Source: an uncultured cyanobacterium (GTDB lineage: Bacteria; Cyanobacteriota; Cyanobacteriia; Phormidesmidales; Phormidesmidaceae). From it: a stretch of 64,000 bases of DNA. The notes under the pieces were generated by a model that saw nothing but the letters and a program-made list of their open reading frames with translations, made no database searches and was not told the origin of the DNA. Position 1 is the stretch's first letter. The number at the start of each line of letters is the position of its first letter. The translations under genes and the position numbers were made by a program. Below, in pieces: positions 41,056 through 50,638 of the stretch. The stretch is from positions 288,001 to 352,000 of the forward strand of contig CAWBZI010000006.1 of assembly GCA_963793265.1 (NCBI GenBank), given 5' to 3'.

Positions 41056-42180
41056 CTAGCCATCTGAATTAGAGCGTGGAGACTCTGTTCTACGATTTTT
41101 AGGTTTTTGAGATCTAGATTCTCTGGCTTCAGCATCAACGCGATCGCGAATATCCCCTTGAGCCGATTCGTGCTGACCTAGCGTGCGACTAAACACATGA
41201 GTGCCGTCGTACCGAGCGACAAAATACAGATAGTCAGTGGGCGCAGGATCTAAAGAAGCCTGCAAACTAGCCACTCCAGGGCTTGCAATCGGCGTAGGCG
41301 TCAGCCCTGCATTCATATAGGTGTTGTAAGGATTAGGCGTTTCTACCTGCGCGTACGTCAGCGGGTTCTCAGGCGTTTGCACAATGCCCAGTCCATACTC
41401 CACCGTTGGATCAGAGCCCAACGTAATACCTTCTTCTAATCGACGCGCAAAAACGCTGGCAATCTGGTCGCGCTCTTCAGAGACAACGGCTTCTTTTTCG
41501 ACAATGCTCGCCAGCGTCACCCAGTCCAGAAGACCATAGTCGCTAGGCTGCGTTTCGTACACAGGCAAAGCGACTTCCTCAAAGCGTCGCAGCATAATGT
41601 CCACCAAATCCTGAGCATTGGTAACGCCGCTGTCTATTTGGTAGGTATCAGGATATAAAAAGCCTTCTAAATGAGGAATGCCTCTAGGTAGCCAGGAATA
41701 GCGCTCGTAAGGAATGTTTTCGGTAGCCGCTAAAAACTCATCTGCCGTCGTCAGCCCTTGCGCCTCAAAGCGCTCTGCCATCTGAGTACGGTTCCATCCT
41801 TCTGGAATCGTGAAGCTGGTTTGAACAACGTCGCCGCTCCAAATGATATCGGCAATTTCGCCTAAGCTCTGGTCGGGTGAGATAAGATAGCTTCCCGCCT
41901 GGACGCCGTTGCCTTCGCCGCGAAAAGACTTCCACCTATTTAGCAACTTCCACGCAGTTGTAGAGCGAATTAGCCCAGCACTTTCTAAGTCCTGTCCCAC
42001 CTGATTGGACGCCGTGCCCGGTGGAACCTGATACATCTGAGCAATGTCCCCTTCAACATCTTCACCTTCGCTCGCCAGCATTGGCGCTTTTGCCCAGCTC
42101 CACCAGGCCCAGCTTTGCCCTGCGACTAAGGCGGCTACGGCGAGCAGCACAATCGGAAAAAGACGTTTGGAGGCACGCAT
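41056..42180 (-). CDS. mltG: Endolytic transglycosylase MltG
   Basis: TIPEG, LEGFLYPDTY, LASIVEKE, PYNTY and YLYFV motifs. Confidence 0.93.
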   Translation of the reverse strand: MRASKRLFPIVLLAVAALVAGQSWAWWSWAKAPMLASEGEDVEGDIAQMYQVPPGTASNQVGQDLESAGLIRSTTAWKLLNRWKSFRGEGNGVQAGSYLISPDQSLGEIADIIWSGDVVQTSFTIPEGWNRTQMAERFEAQGLTTADEFLAATENIPYERYSWLPRGIPHLEGFLYPDTYQIDSGVTNAQDLVDIMLRRFEEVALPVYETQPSDYGLLDWVTLASIVEKEAVVSEERDQIASVFARRLEEGITLGSDPTVEYGLGIVQTPENPLTYAQVETPNPYNTYMNAGLTPTPIASPGVASLQASLDPAPTDYLYFVARYDGTHVFSRTLGQHESAQGDIRDRVDAEARESRSQKPKNRRTESPRSNSDG

Positions 42181-42268
42181 AATTACAAACTTAGCCAAAA
42201 GGGATGACTAAAATCTAAAGTGATCTTTGCAAACTTTACCAAAGCATTGTGAATTTGCGTAGAACTGT

Positions 42269-42856
42269 TTAATCGAGCACGTCGAATAGCTTGTCTTCTA
42301 GCTGCGATCGCATCTTCTGAAAATCGTCAGGGTCAACCAGCTCAACCGAGCCATCCTCCTGACGAGTCGCAAAAAACAGCAGCGGCTCTAGCGGCGTGCA
42401 AAGCGTGTACTGAGACTCGTTGTGAAAAAAGGTTGCCAGCATTTGAAAATCTTCCGTCATCGGCTCGCTATCTTCTTCGCTAATTTCCAAAGAAAAACAG
42501 TCCTCCTCATCAGCCTCAGGCAAATCGCCCACCGCCGTTAGCGTGTGCGCCGAACGCTCTAACAGCAAATCAAGCTCCGCGAGCACCGCTCTAGCAGAGG
42601 GGAACAAAGCGTCAATATCTTCGTCTTCGACATCAACTAAGACTTCTTCATCACCGTCTGCCGACTCATCTTCATCAGCGGCCTGCCACACGAACACCTC
42701 AATCGGCAAATCAACCGGCAGCAGCAGCAAAAAATCTACCCCATCCACATCCAGGGTCTTCTCCACGTAGCATGGCAGCTTGCGGCCCTCTTCGTCTGAG
42801 AGCGTGACGACGGGATACTCAGCGGGTTCATCAACTAAGTTCGAATCAAACTCCAT
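42269..42856 (-). CDS. DUF3727/DUF1292-domain acidic protein
   Basis: Conserved position between ruvX and mltG; LLLPVD and YTLCTPLEP patterns; ATG 42856. Confidence 0.75.
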   Translation of the reverse strand: MEFDSNLVDEPAEYPVVTLSDEEGRKLPCYVEKTLDVDGVDFLLLLPVDLPIEVFVWQAADEDESADGDEEVLVDVEDEDIDALFPSARAVLAELDLLLERSAHTLTAVGDLPEADEEDCFSLEISEEDSEPMTEDFQMLATFFHNESQYTLCTPLEPLLFFATRQEDGSVELVDPDDFQKMRSQLEDKLFDVLD

Positions 42857-42922
42857 AGCAGCGGTTCCTCTTGAGTGTCGGGGGCGTGGGAATTTAGGCG
42901 TGGATGTAACTCGCAAGTCTCA

Positions 42923-43390
42923 CTATAAGCGACGGCGCGCGTCTAACCACTGCTGCAAAATAATAGCAGCGGCTTTTCTATCAATCAAACCTTTTTTGGC
43001 GTTTTTCTTTTGGCCCTTTTTCTGGCCTTTTGGAGCGCTGTTTGGAGGACGGCGCGATCGCCCCTCAGCCATCATCATTTCTTCAGCCGCAAAAGAAGTT
43101 AGCCGCTCGTCAACAAATTCTACCGGCAAGTTCAGCGCCTTCGACAGCATCCTCGCCTGCTTCTGCGTTTTCTTAGCCTGGCTACCAATCTCACCACCTA
43201 AGGTATAGGGTAAGCCAACGACTAATACCTCAATGTTTCTTTGTTCGACAAGTTTGCGCAGGGGAATCAGAACGCTCTCAAAGGTGGTGCGGTGGAGCGT
43301 GGTGAGGCCGGTGGCGATGAGGCCAGTGCGATCGCAGCCCGCCACCCCAATTCGCCTCGCACCCAAATCCAGTCCTAATGCAGAAACCAT
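42923..43390 (-). CDS. ruvX: YqgF/RuvX Holliday-junction-resolvase-like nuclease
   Basis: LGLDLGARRIGVA, VVGLP, DERLTS and AAAIILQ motifs. Confidence 0.92.
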   Translation of the reverse strand: MVSALGLDLGARRIGVAGCDRTGLIATGLTTLHRTTFESVLIPLRKLVEQRNIEVLVVGLPYTLGGEIGSQAKKTQKQARMLSKALNLPVEFVDERLTSFAAEEMMMAEGRSRRPPNSAPKGQKKGQKKNAKKGLIDRKAAAIILQQWLDARRRL

Positions 43391-43418
43391 ATATGCCTAC
43401 CAGCCTTAACAGACTGCA

Positions 43419-44768
43419 TCAACCAGCCGCGTCATCATCCGTCGTCTTCTGAGCGCCCTCACTAGAACTTCCATCCAGCGGCAGCTTAGTCATATTTTCC
43501 AAAGAGAACCTATCCCAGGCCAAGCCATCCCAGCTCAGCCCGTCACCCGCAGGTGTATCTAGCGCTGGGCCATGCCACGAAAAGCGCCCCGGCAGCGGTG
43601 TCCCGGTCGGCTGCAACCCAGCCAGTCCGCTCGGCAGCTTCAGCCCTTCTAGCGCGCCCGCCTTAGACTCACGCACCTTATGCCACACAGAGCGCGACAT
43701 CATCAGCGTATTTTCAATCTCAAGCGCGCCAATTTGCCGCAAATACTCTTCCCGCTCCGTCTGATAGTCAAGCGACATAAGTTGCAGCGGCTGATTCGGA
43801 AACTTCTGCACCACCCCAGCCATCTGCGCCATCAGCTCAGGATAGAGCCAGGTATAGGCCGGATGCACCGTCAGCTTGGCGCTATGCGGCGCACTGCCAT
43901 CGCGACAAATTTTAATTTCAAAATAGCCAATCGCCGTCTTCCGCTGTGGCTCAAACACGTAGGCCGAAACGGTTTCTTCGCGATGAACCAAACGGGTCAT
44001 CCGCGCTTTAAATTTGCCTGCAAACGTGGTCTTAAAGTCTTGAATTTGGTAGTCCAGCACCTGACGCACTAGCGGCGGAATAGAGACGGTTTCGAGCTGA
44101 TAAATAAGCTGCGCGTCGGCATTGCTCACCGGCAGCAAATTAGGCAAATCAGGATCGTGCTCAGAAAGCGACTCTAGCTGCTCGGGCTGAATTGACCAGT
44201 AGGTTGCACGTGCCAAAGGCTGAAAGCCGTTGTGTCGATATAAGGAAAGGCCAAACGTATCGTTAACGTCTGTTTCACTAATCCAATACTGGGCCTCGCG
44301 AATATGCTCAAAGCAGTGGCGCAAAAGCTGCGAGCCCACGTCCATACTCAAATGAAGCTGAGGATTTTCACCTTCTGCCCCCTCCACAGGAGGTTGCTCA
44401 TCTGAATTGCTCTTTTTCTTTGACTTAGCCTTCTTCGCAGCTTTCTGAGCCAGATTCACCAGCATCCGATCAACTTTCCAGGTGCTCAATGTTCGGTTAA
44501 ATGGCGATACCTGCACCATGCCATGCAGCGCCCCATCGGCTTCGGCCACAAAGGCTGAGAAGAGATGCTGTAACGGGTTTGGGAATAAAGTCAGCGCCTT
44601 CATGGGGCCATACCAGCGGCGCAACTGCTGAATGTACTCGGCAATTTCGGGCGCTTCGGTGGCGTGAGAAGCAATCTCGGTAGCACCAGCAACCCTGATA
44701 TTGTCTAAATCACGCAGGTGAATAGAGCGAATAAAAAGAGTGGAATCTGAAGAATTGCTTCGAGTCAT
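43419..44768 (-). CDS. GNAT-fold N-acetyltransferase-like conserved cyanobacterial protein
   Basis: VGSQLLRHC and LYRHNGFQ motifs; position upstream of ruvX. Confidence 0.75.
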   Translation of the reverse strand: MTRSNSSDSTLFIRSIHLRDLDNIRVAGATEIASHATEAPEIAEYIQQLRRWYGPMKALTLFPNPLQHLFSAFVAEADGALHGMVQVSPFNRTLSTWKVDRMLVNLAQKAAKKAKSKKKSNSDEQPPVEGAEGENPQLHLSMDVGSQLLRHCFEHIREAQYWISETDVNDTFGLSLYRHNGFQPLARATYWSIQPEQLESLSEHDPDLPNLLPVSNADAQLIYQLETVSIPPLVRQVLDYQIQDFKTTFAGKFKARMTRLVHREETVSAYVFEPQRKTAIGYFEIKICRDGSAPHSAKLTVHPAYTWLYPELMAQMAGVVQKFPNQPLQLMSLDYQTEREEYLRQIGALEIENTLMMSRSVWHKVRESKAGALEGLKLPSGLAGLQPTGTPLPGRFSWHGPALDTPAGDGLSWDGLAWDRFSLENMTKLPLDGSSSEGAQKTTDDDAAG

Positions 44769-44810
44769 AAGAACTCCGTAAGGGCGCTTTGTAAGAGCAA
44801 GGGGTTTCGG

Positions 44811-45977
44811 CTATTTTGGGCGGATGAGCACAACGGGCGTTTGCTCGTCGGCGTTGCCCGCAGGGTTATCAATCAAAGCCTGAACCAGTAAAGGCTGATC
44901 GGTGCCAGCGGTCGCTGCTAATATTTTAACGGCTTTTAAATCGTTGACATCCACAATGGCCGCTTTAAGTCCGGTTTCTGCAAAAATTTGGTCTACAAGT
45001 CGCTGAGAATGGGCCGGGCCAAGCACAATGAACTGATCAAAGGGCGGCAGGGTGCCGGTCACATCGTCAATCAGCCGCGCCTGCTCGCCTGCTAGCTGAT
45101 AAAACATTCCAGGCTTGCCGAATACTTTGGCGACCGCGCCAATCGCAAACGCCCAGGCTACCTGCCACGGCCCCGACACATCAATCAGCGTTTGCATACC
45201 GCAGGCCGTGGCCAAACTAGAGGTCGGCATGAAGTAGTAGCACAGACGCTTGGCTAGCCAGCCGGGCTTCACGGTGTTGGGATGGCGCAACCGGCTTTGC
45301 ATAATTGCAACCGGCGTTTCGCCAATGGTGACGATATCGCCTTCTTTGGCGCAGGGCTTGACGTAGTGCTTAACGATTTCTACGGTGTCGTCAAGGTTGG
45401 TCAGCAGGTGAGTGGGGATGGGCAGAATGCTCGCGACGCTGTTTTCACGCCAGTTGTTCGCGGCTTCTGGCTTAGGGAATTTGAGCGGGAAGATGAAGTG
45501 GCCGGTTTTAGGAATGCGGCCTTCGGGGCCGTAGGAGGTGTAGTGCACCTGCACCCAGAGCGATTTGAGCTGGCTGAGGTCAGGGCCAGTGATATCTATC
45601 TTCAGCTTGGCGTTGGTGGCTTTGCCGACTTTGACGATGTAGGCAAACCAATAGTTGTCAGACCGCGCGGGAAAGTCTTCGTGCTGGGGAATAACCTCTG
45701 TTTTGACGGTAATGCCGTCTAAGGAGCCTTTTGAAAGTAGCTTGTACTCTACGTCTACATCGGCAATGAATATTTCTAGGGTGCGGGTGCGGTTTGAGAA
45801 AACTGCGTCTAGCGAGATTGCGTAGTGGTTAGGCTCGTAGGTGTCCAGCTTCCAGTCTTTAGCAGTCAGTTCTAGATCATTGCCGGGGCGCTGGCGATAC
45901 TGCCATTCGATGAATAGGTAGGCCGCAACGCCGATGATAATTATCAGTAAAAATAACGTTCCAATCGCGGACACCAT
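44811..45977 (-). CDS. F420-0:gamma-glutamyl ligase (CofE)-like protein with N-terminal TM
   Basis: IDDVTGTLPP, IVDVND and NPAGNADEQTP motifs; ATG 45977. Confidence 0.75.
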   Translation of the reverse strand: MVSAIGTLFLLIIIIGVAAYLFIEWQYRQRPGNDLELTAKDWKLDTYEPNHYAISLDAVFSNRTRTLEIFIADVDVEYKLLSKGSLDGITVKTEVIPQHEDFPARSDNYWFAYIVKVGKATNAKLKIDITGPDLSQLKSLWVQVHYTSYGPEGRIPKTGHFIFPLKFPKPEAANNWRENSVASILPIPTHLLTNLDDTVEIVKHYVKPCAKEGDIVTIGETPVAIMQSRLRHPNTVKPGWLAKRLCYYFMPTSSLATACGMQTLIDVSGPWQVAWAFAIGAVAKVFGKPGMFYQLAGEQARLIDDVTGTLPPFDQFIVLGPAHSQRLVDQIFAETGLKAAIVDVNDLKAVKILAATAGTDQPLLVQALIDNPAGNADEQTPVVLIRPK

Positions 45978-46058
45978 ACCTAAACCTCTTTCCTCAAGAC
46001 CTGCTACGCACCAGATTGTAGGCGATCGCTGTAACACCTCAATAAAAATTAAGTCGCC

Positions 46059-46556
46059 CTACAGCAGATTAAACAGCGCGTCATCCAGCTCATAGCCCAG
46101 CATTTGCGTCATAAACTTCAGGCGCGATCGCCCGTCTATCTGCTGACCTTTTAGCCAGCTATCAATCGCAAACACCTTGCCCATCACAAAAATCTCTAGT
46201 GACTCCGGGTTATAACGAATGCCGTCAATTGGGCTGAACTGATGCGGCACCAGCATGGCCGTATAGCGACTCAGCTCACCTGACTCCCAGTCAAGATAAA
46301 GCGGTAGCCAGGGGTATTGCGCGTCTAGCCGGATGAACCACAGGCGAATTTCTGGGATTTCTGACAGCTCACGCGGATCGCTGGCCTCGCGCGGAAAATC
46401 GATTTCAAAGCTGAACATGAGATCGGAGCTGCTGAGCGCTTTGCCTTTTGAAGGGTCTGTATCGTGCGCTTTGATAACGGGATCGATGACCTGCTGTGCC
46501 GGGGTGAGATCGAGAGATTGGAAATGAGGAGTGGTGAGAGCGATCGCTTGTTTCAT
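46059..46556 (-). CDS. CRR6-family NDH-1 (NdhI) maturation factor
   Basis: DPRELSEIPEIRLWFIRLDAQYPW and AMLVPHQF motifs. Confidence 0.85.
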   Translation of the reverse strand: MKQAIALTTPHFQSLDLTPAQQVIDPVIKAHDTDPSKGKALSSSDLMFSFEIDFPREASDPRELSEIPEIRLWFIRLDAQYPWLPLYLDWESGELSRYTAMLVPHQFSPIDGIRYNPESLEIFVMGKVFAIDSWLKGQQIDGRSRLKFMTQMLGYELDDALFNLL

Positions 46557-46647
46557 ACGAAAAGAAATGAAGGGCTCTTTCCATTTTGCCAGGCGACTGG
46601 GCTTAGGGATTGCTGTATTCTTTGTCTAGTGTTTTCGTGCGATCGCC

Positions 46648-47799
46648 ATGGCTACCTCCCCCTCGGGATCTTCCAATCCTCCCAAAAAGAAGATCTGCAT
46701 CACCCTGGGCACTCGCCCCGAGGCCATCAAATTAGCACCCGTCATCCGCACCTTTCAGCAAAACCCTGAGTTCAGCAGCAAATTCGACACCCAGGTCGTA
46801 CTCACAGGCCAGCACAAAGAAATGGTCGCACAAGTCATGTCGCTCTTTGAGCTGCAAGCCGACCACGATCTCGACATCATGCAGCCTAAGCAAACCCTTA
46901 GCGACATCACCTGCCGCAGCCTTCAAGGGTTAGAGTCCTTGTTTGTAGAAATGAAGCCTGACATGGTGATCTCTCAGGGCGATACCACCACTGCTTTTGC
47001 CGCTGCCCTCGCCGCCTTTTATCAGCAGATTCCAGTCGGCCACGTCGAAGCCGGTTTGCGCACCGACAATATTTTGAACCCCTTCCCCGAAGAAGCCAAC
47101 CGCAGACTCGTTTCCCAAATCGCCACGCTGCACTTTGCGCCCACCGCCCAATCGGTCACTAACCTCAAAGCTTCAGGCGTGACCCAGGGCATTCATCAAA
47201 CCGGCAATACCGTTATTGACGCGCTGCTCACCGTTGCCGACCAGTTCCCTGTTTGCGAAGTTGCGGGCCTTGACTGGGACAAACACCGCGTTATTCTTTC
47301 AACCGTTCACCGCCGAGAAAATTGGGGTGAACCGCTTAAAGATATCGCCCAAAGTTTTTTAGAAATTCTGAACGCCTTTCCCGACACGGCGCTGCTACTG
47401 CCCTTACATCGTAATCCCACCGTTCGAGAGCCGCTTAAGGCATTGCTAGGCGATCATCCTCGCGCATTTTTAGTAGAACCTTTGGACTATGCTCAGCTCG
47501 TTGGGGCGATGAAGCGCTGTACGCTGCTGCTGACTGATTCTGGTGGACTGCAAGAAGAAGCGCCGGGCCTTGGTAAGCCTGTGTTGGTGCTTAGAGAGAC
47601 AACGGAAAGGCCAGAAGCCGTTGAGGCGGGTACGGCCAAGTTAGTCGGGACTCGTCCGTCAACAGTTATCGCTGCTGCCTCAGAGCTATTAAGTGATAGA
47701 GCGGCCTATTCAGCGATGGCAAAGGCGGTCAATCCTTTTGGCGACGGCTTCGCGGCGCAGCGCATTGCCGAGATTGTCACTGACTACTTTTCAGACTGA
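46648..47799 (+). CDS. wecB: UDP-N-acetylglucosamine 2-epimerase (non-hydrolysing)
   Basis: GTRPEAIK, QGDT, HVEAGLR, HRREN and TDSGGLQEE motifs. Confidence 0.95.
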   Translation: MATSPSGSSNPPKKKICITLGTRPEAIKLAPVIRTFQQNPEFSSKFDTQVVLTGQHKEMVAQVMSLFELQADHDLDIMQPKQTLSDITCRSLQGLESLFVEMKPDMVISQGDTTTAFAAALAAFYQQIPVGHVEAGLRTDNILNPFPEEANRRLVSQIATLHFAPTAQSVTNLKASGVTQGIHQTGNTVIDALLTVADQFPVCEVAGLDWDKHRVILSTVHRRENWGEPLKDIAQSFLEILNAFPDTALLLPLHRNPTVREPLKALLGDHPRAFLVEPLDYAQLVGAMKRCTLLLTDSGGLQEEAPGLGKPVLVLRETTERPEAVEAGTAKLVGTRPSTVIAAASELLSDRAAYSAMAKAVNPFGDGFAAQRIAEIVTDYFSD

Positions 47800-47880
47800 C
47801 TACTTTTCAGGGTGATGGTTTGCTGTGTCGAAGGCGGAGGGCTAAGGCTTTATGCCCCTGCGGATTTGTTGGTGACATTC

Positions 47881-48141
47881 TTAAGAATCTTCTTCCTTGA
47901 TTTCTTTGACTAAATTCTTTTTGGAAGCCTTTAGCTCTTTCCACAGCTCCTTAATATCGTTGTAGGCTTCAGCGCTACTTACCTTGCCACCCGTTTCTAA
48001 GCCACAAATGAGCGCTACTCGCTGAGCAAATTCTTGCAAGTTGGCATTAAAGGCCAGATTTTGAGGCGTGAACTCACCTTGATAGGTGTTTCGCGGCGTG
48101 AAGAACTCGTCTCTTAGCTGCTTTTTATTCTTCTCTGGCAT
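47881..48141 (-). CDS. Small conserved cyanobacterial hypothetical protein
   Basis: YQGEFTPQNLAFNANLQEFAQRV...LETGGK...LWKELKAS motif. Confidence 0.8.
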   Translation of the reverse strand: MPEKNKKQLRDEFFTPRNTYQGEFTPQNLAFNANLQEFAQRVALICGLETGGKVSSAEAYNDIKELWKELKASKKNLVKEIKEEDS

Positions 48142-48369
48142 CTATATGCTCCTGTGGCTGAACAAAGAAAATTTAGATTATTCTGGTATACGGATTTGGC
48201 AATAAATAGAATCGGTATTTTTTAGTTTGGTTATCACAGAACGCTCTTTGATTGCACGCTTTGGCTACAGAGCGCCTTGTCTTATAAGGGGGAATCTAAT
48301 GCCATAAGAACTTGACTGTAGTCTGTAATAGTAGCTCGTTTTCTCTTAATTACCTAGTCTCAACTCAAT

Positions 48370-48383
48370 GTAGTATCCGATAC
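48370..48383. promoter_or_regulatory. Candidate NtcA site
   Basis: GTA-GTATCCGA-TAC, a perfect GTA-N8-TAC in a divergent intergenic region. Confidence 0.45.
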
Positions 48384-48654
48384 TGGTTTTACTCATTCTC
48401 CTATGTTCAGCTAGCGGAGGGTTCATCAGTGCGGCATATTTTAATCGAAAGTAGGCCACAAAATTGTTTTGTGTGAGTCTCCATATACAAAGACAAAAAT
48501 TAATAGGGACTGACCTGATTGAGCCGGATCAGTGGGTAAGATACTAATATCAAATCTTATTTATGTGTGACGAATGTTACGCCGATGGGCCAGTCCAAAG
48601 GTGTCACACGCAAACTATTCTCAAGAAATCTTCTCAAGTTGAGAGCAGCGAGTT

Positions 48655-50511
48655 TTGCCCATGAGCTTCAGCCAATCGTTCGATGTCGCGCATACTTTTC
48701 GCCGTGTATTTAAGACGAACGTATTGAAAAAAGGACTCAGCGCAGGCTTCTTAGGATTGGGCTTAACCACACTGGCAGCGCCTGGTGGTGTGGCTGCTGA
48801 GCGAGTGGTGCTCAAAGTAGGCCCGCTGCGACAGTCCATTGAGGTGACCGATTTGGAAACCTTTGCAGAAACAGGAGAGGTGCCTGATAATCTCAGCCTT
48901 TACAAGCGGTTTTTATCGCCTCAGGTGCAGCTTAGCTTGGGCCAAACGCTGGATCTAGACCCAAGAATGGGCGATCGCATCATCGAAGACGTGATGAATT
49001 CAGCCAACGGCGAACTCCTCCTCGACACCCTTTCGCAAATTGCACCAAACCTCACACTGCCTCAGCTCCAAGCCGCCATCCGCCTTGCCGCCACCCAAAG
49101 CAACGGCCTCAGCGTACTCGGCATTCTTCGCGCCGTCCCTCAAGACACCCTAGAAGTCGATTTAAGCTCAGCGATCGCCCTCGTCTCACAAATCAACCTT
49201 TCCAACCTGGAAAGCCAGTCTCTCAGCGGCGTACTAGAGCAAGAGCTTAAGACCACCGATTTAGCCGCAGCGCTACCCACCGATATCAATCCAGCGGCAT
49301 CCGGCTCCGTAGACTTTTCCTATCGCACCCTATCTTTTCGCGATGAGGGGCGCGATCGCGTTATTCCCCTCAACCTGTACTGGAACCGAGACGCCCACGG
49401 CCCGTTAGTCATCCTCTCTCACGGCTTTGGCGCAGACCGCTTTTTCCTCAGCTATCTTGCTGAACATTTAGCCTCTCACGGGCTCACAGTCGTTTCGATA
49501 GAGCATCCTGGGAGCAATGTTCAAGCACTTGTCAATTTGCCGCTAGATCCCGGTGCAGTGGGCTCACCTAGCAAGCTATTACCCGCTACAGAATTCTTAG
49601 ATCGGCCTCGCGATGTGAGCTTTGTGCTCGACCGCCTCAGCCAAATGAACGAAAGCGACTCGATCTATCAGGAGGCTTTCAACACTGAAGACGTGACGAT
49701 GATCGGTCACTCTTTAGGTGGCTATACCGGGCTGGCCTTGGCCGGGGCGAAGTTGGACTTGCGATCGCTCCAAAGCTTCTGTCAAAACATTCAGCCATTG
49801 GGCGTTTCCCCTGCCGACTGGCTCCAATGTGCCGCCGTGGACTTAGACGAACAGCAGGCCGACTTAAGCGATGGCCGTATTAAGCAGGTCGTTGCAATGA
49901 ATACGCTAACGGGTCAACTATTTGGCGATGCGGGCCTCTCAGAAGTCACCGTGCCGACGCTGCTACTAACGGGCACCAAAGACAGCGTGACCCCGACTCT
50001 GGATCATCAGCTCGCACCTTTCGAGCAGCTTGCCGGAGAAAAGTATCTGCTCGCGGTTATTGGCGGCACCCACCTCAGTACAGGTGACCCGGAGAACGTA
50101 AACCCAGCGCTCACCGAGCTACCGTTCATGTCTGAGCTGCGGCCCGCAGAAACCGAAAACCTGCGACGAATGCTAAAAGGAGTGTCTTTGAGTTTTGTTG
50201 AGCAGCGATCGCCCGAAGCCGCACAATATAAACCTTTTTTAAGCTCAGCCTACGTCCAGTCATTCTCTACCTCAGTGCTGCCCCTGAGGCTGGTAGAAAC
50301 CTTGCCCAGCGGCGTCCGTAGCTGGCTTGAGATGACCTCTAGACTTTCAGCTAATGCGCAGCCCGGCATCACCGATCAGGTGATGTCGTTGAGCTATCTA
50401 AAAGCGATTGAAACCAAGCCGCAGTGGCAGAAAACGATTGCAGTGCATTTGCAGGCGGCTCAAGTAGCGACTTTGTTGCGATCGCCCTTCCCCTTCATGG
50501 CCGGTCTCTAA
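48655..50511 (+). CDS. DUF1400 + alpha/beta hydrolase
   Basis: N-terminal signal/DUF1400 region; SHGFG, DRPRDV and GHSLGG nucleophile elbow. Confidence 0.85.
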   Translation: MPMSFSQSFDVAHTFRRVFKTNVLKKGLSAGFLGLGLTTLAAPGGVAAERVVLKVGPLRQSIEVTDLETFAETGEVPDNLSLYKRFLSPQVQLSLGQTLDLDPRMGDRIIEDVMNSANGELLLDTLSQIAPNLTLPQLQAAIRLAATQSNGLSVLGILRAVPQDTLEVDLSSAIALVSQINLSNLESQSLSGVLEQELKTTDLAAALPTDINPAASGSVDFSYRTLSFRDEGRDRVIPLNLYWNRDAHGPLVILSHGFGADRFFLSYLAEHLASHGLTVVSIEHPGSNVQALVNLPLDPGAVGSPSKLLPATEFLDRPRDVSFVLDRLSQMNESDSIYQEAFNTEDVTMIGHSLGGYTGLALAGAKLDLRSLQSFCQNIQPLGVSPADWLQCAAVDLDEQQADLSDGRIKQVVAMNTLTGQLFGDAGLSEVTVPTLLLTGTKDSVTPTLDHQLAPFEQLAGEKYLLAVIGGTHLSTGDPENVNPALTELPFMSELRPAETENLRRMLKGVSLSFVEQRSPEAAQYKPFLSSAYVQSFSTSVLPLRLVETLPSGVRSWLEMTSRLSANAQPGITDQVMSLSYLKAIETKPQWQKTIAVHLQAAQVATLLRSPFPFMAGL

Positions 50512-50638
50512 TCACAAACCACTCGTGAGCATTTCGTCAAAAAGTTTAGATCCTAAATAGCCTTGATAGGCGGTTGTTCTGCCAGAATAGAGTACTGCAA
50601 ACCTAGTAGCAGTTACTAAACTTCTGGAGAGAACTCGA

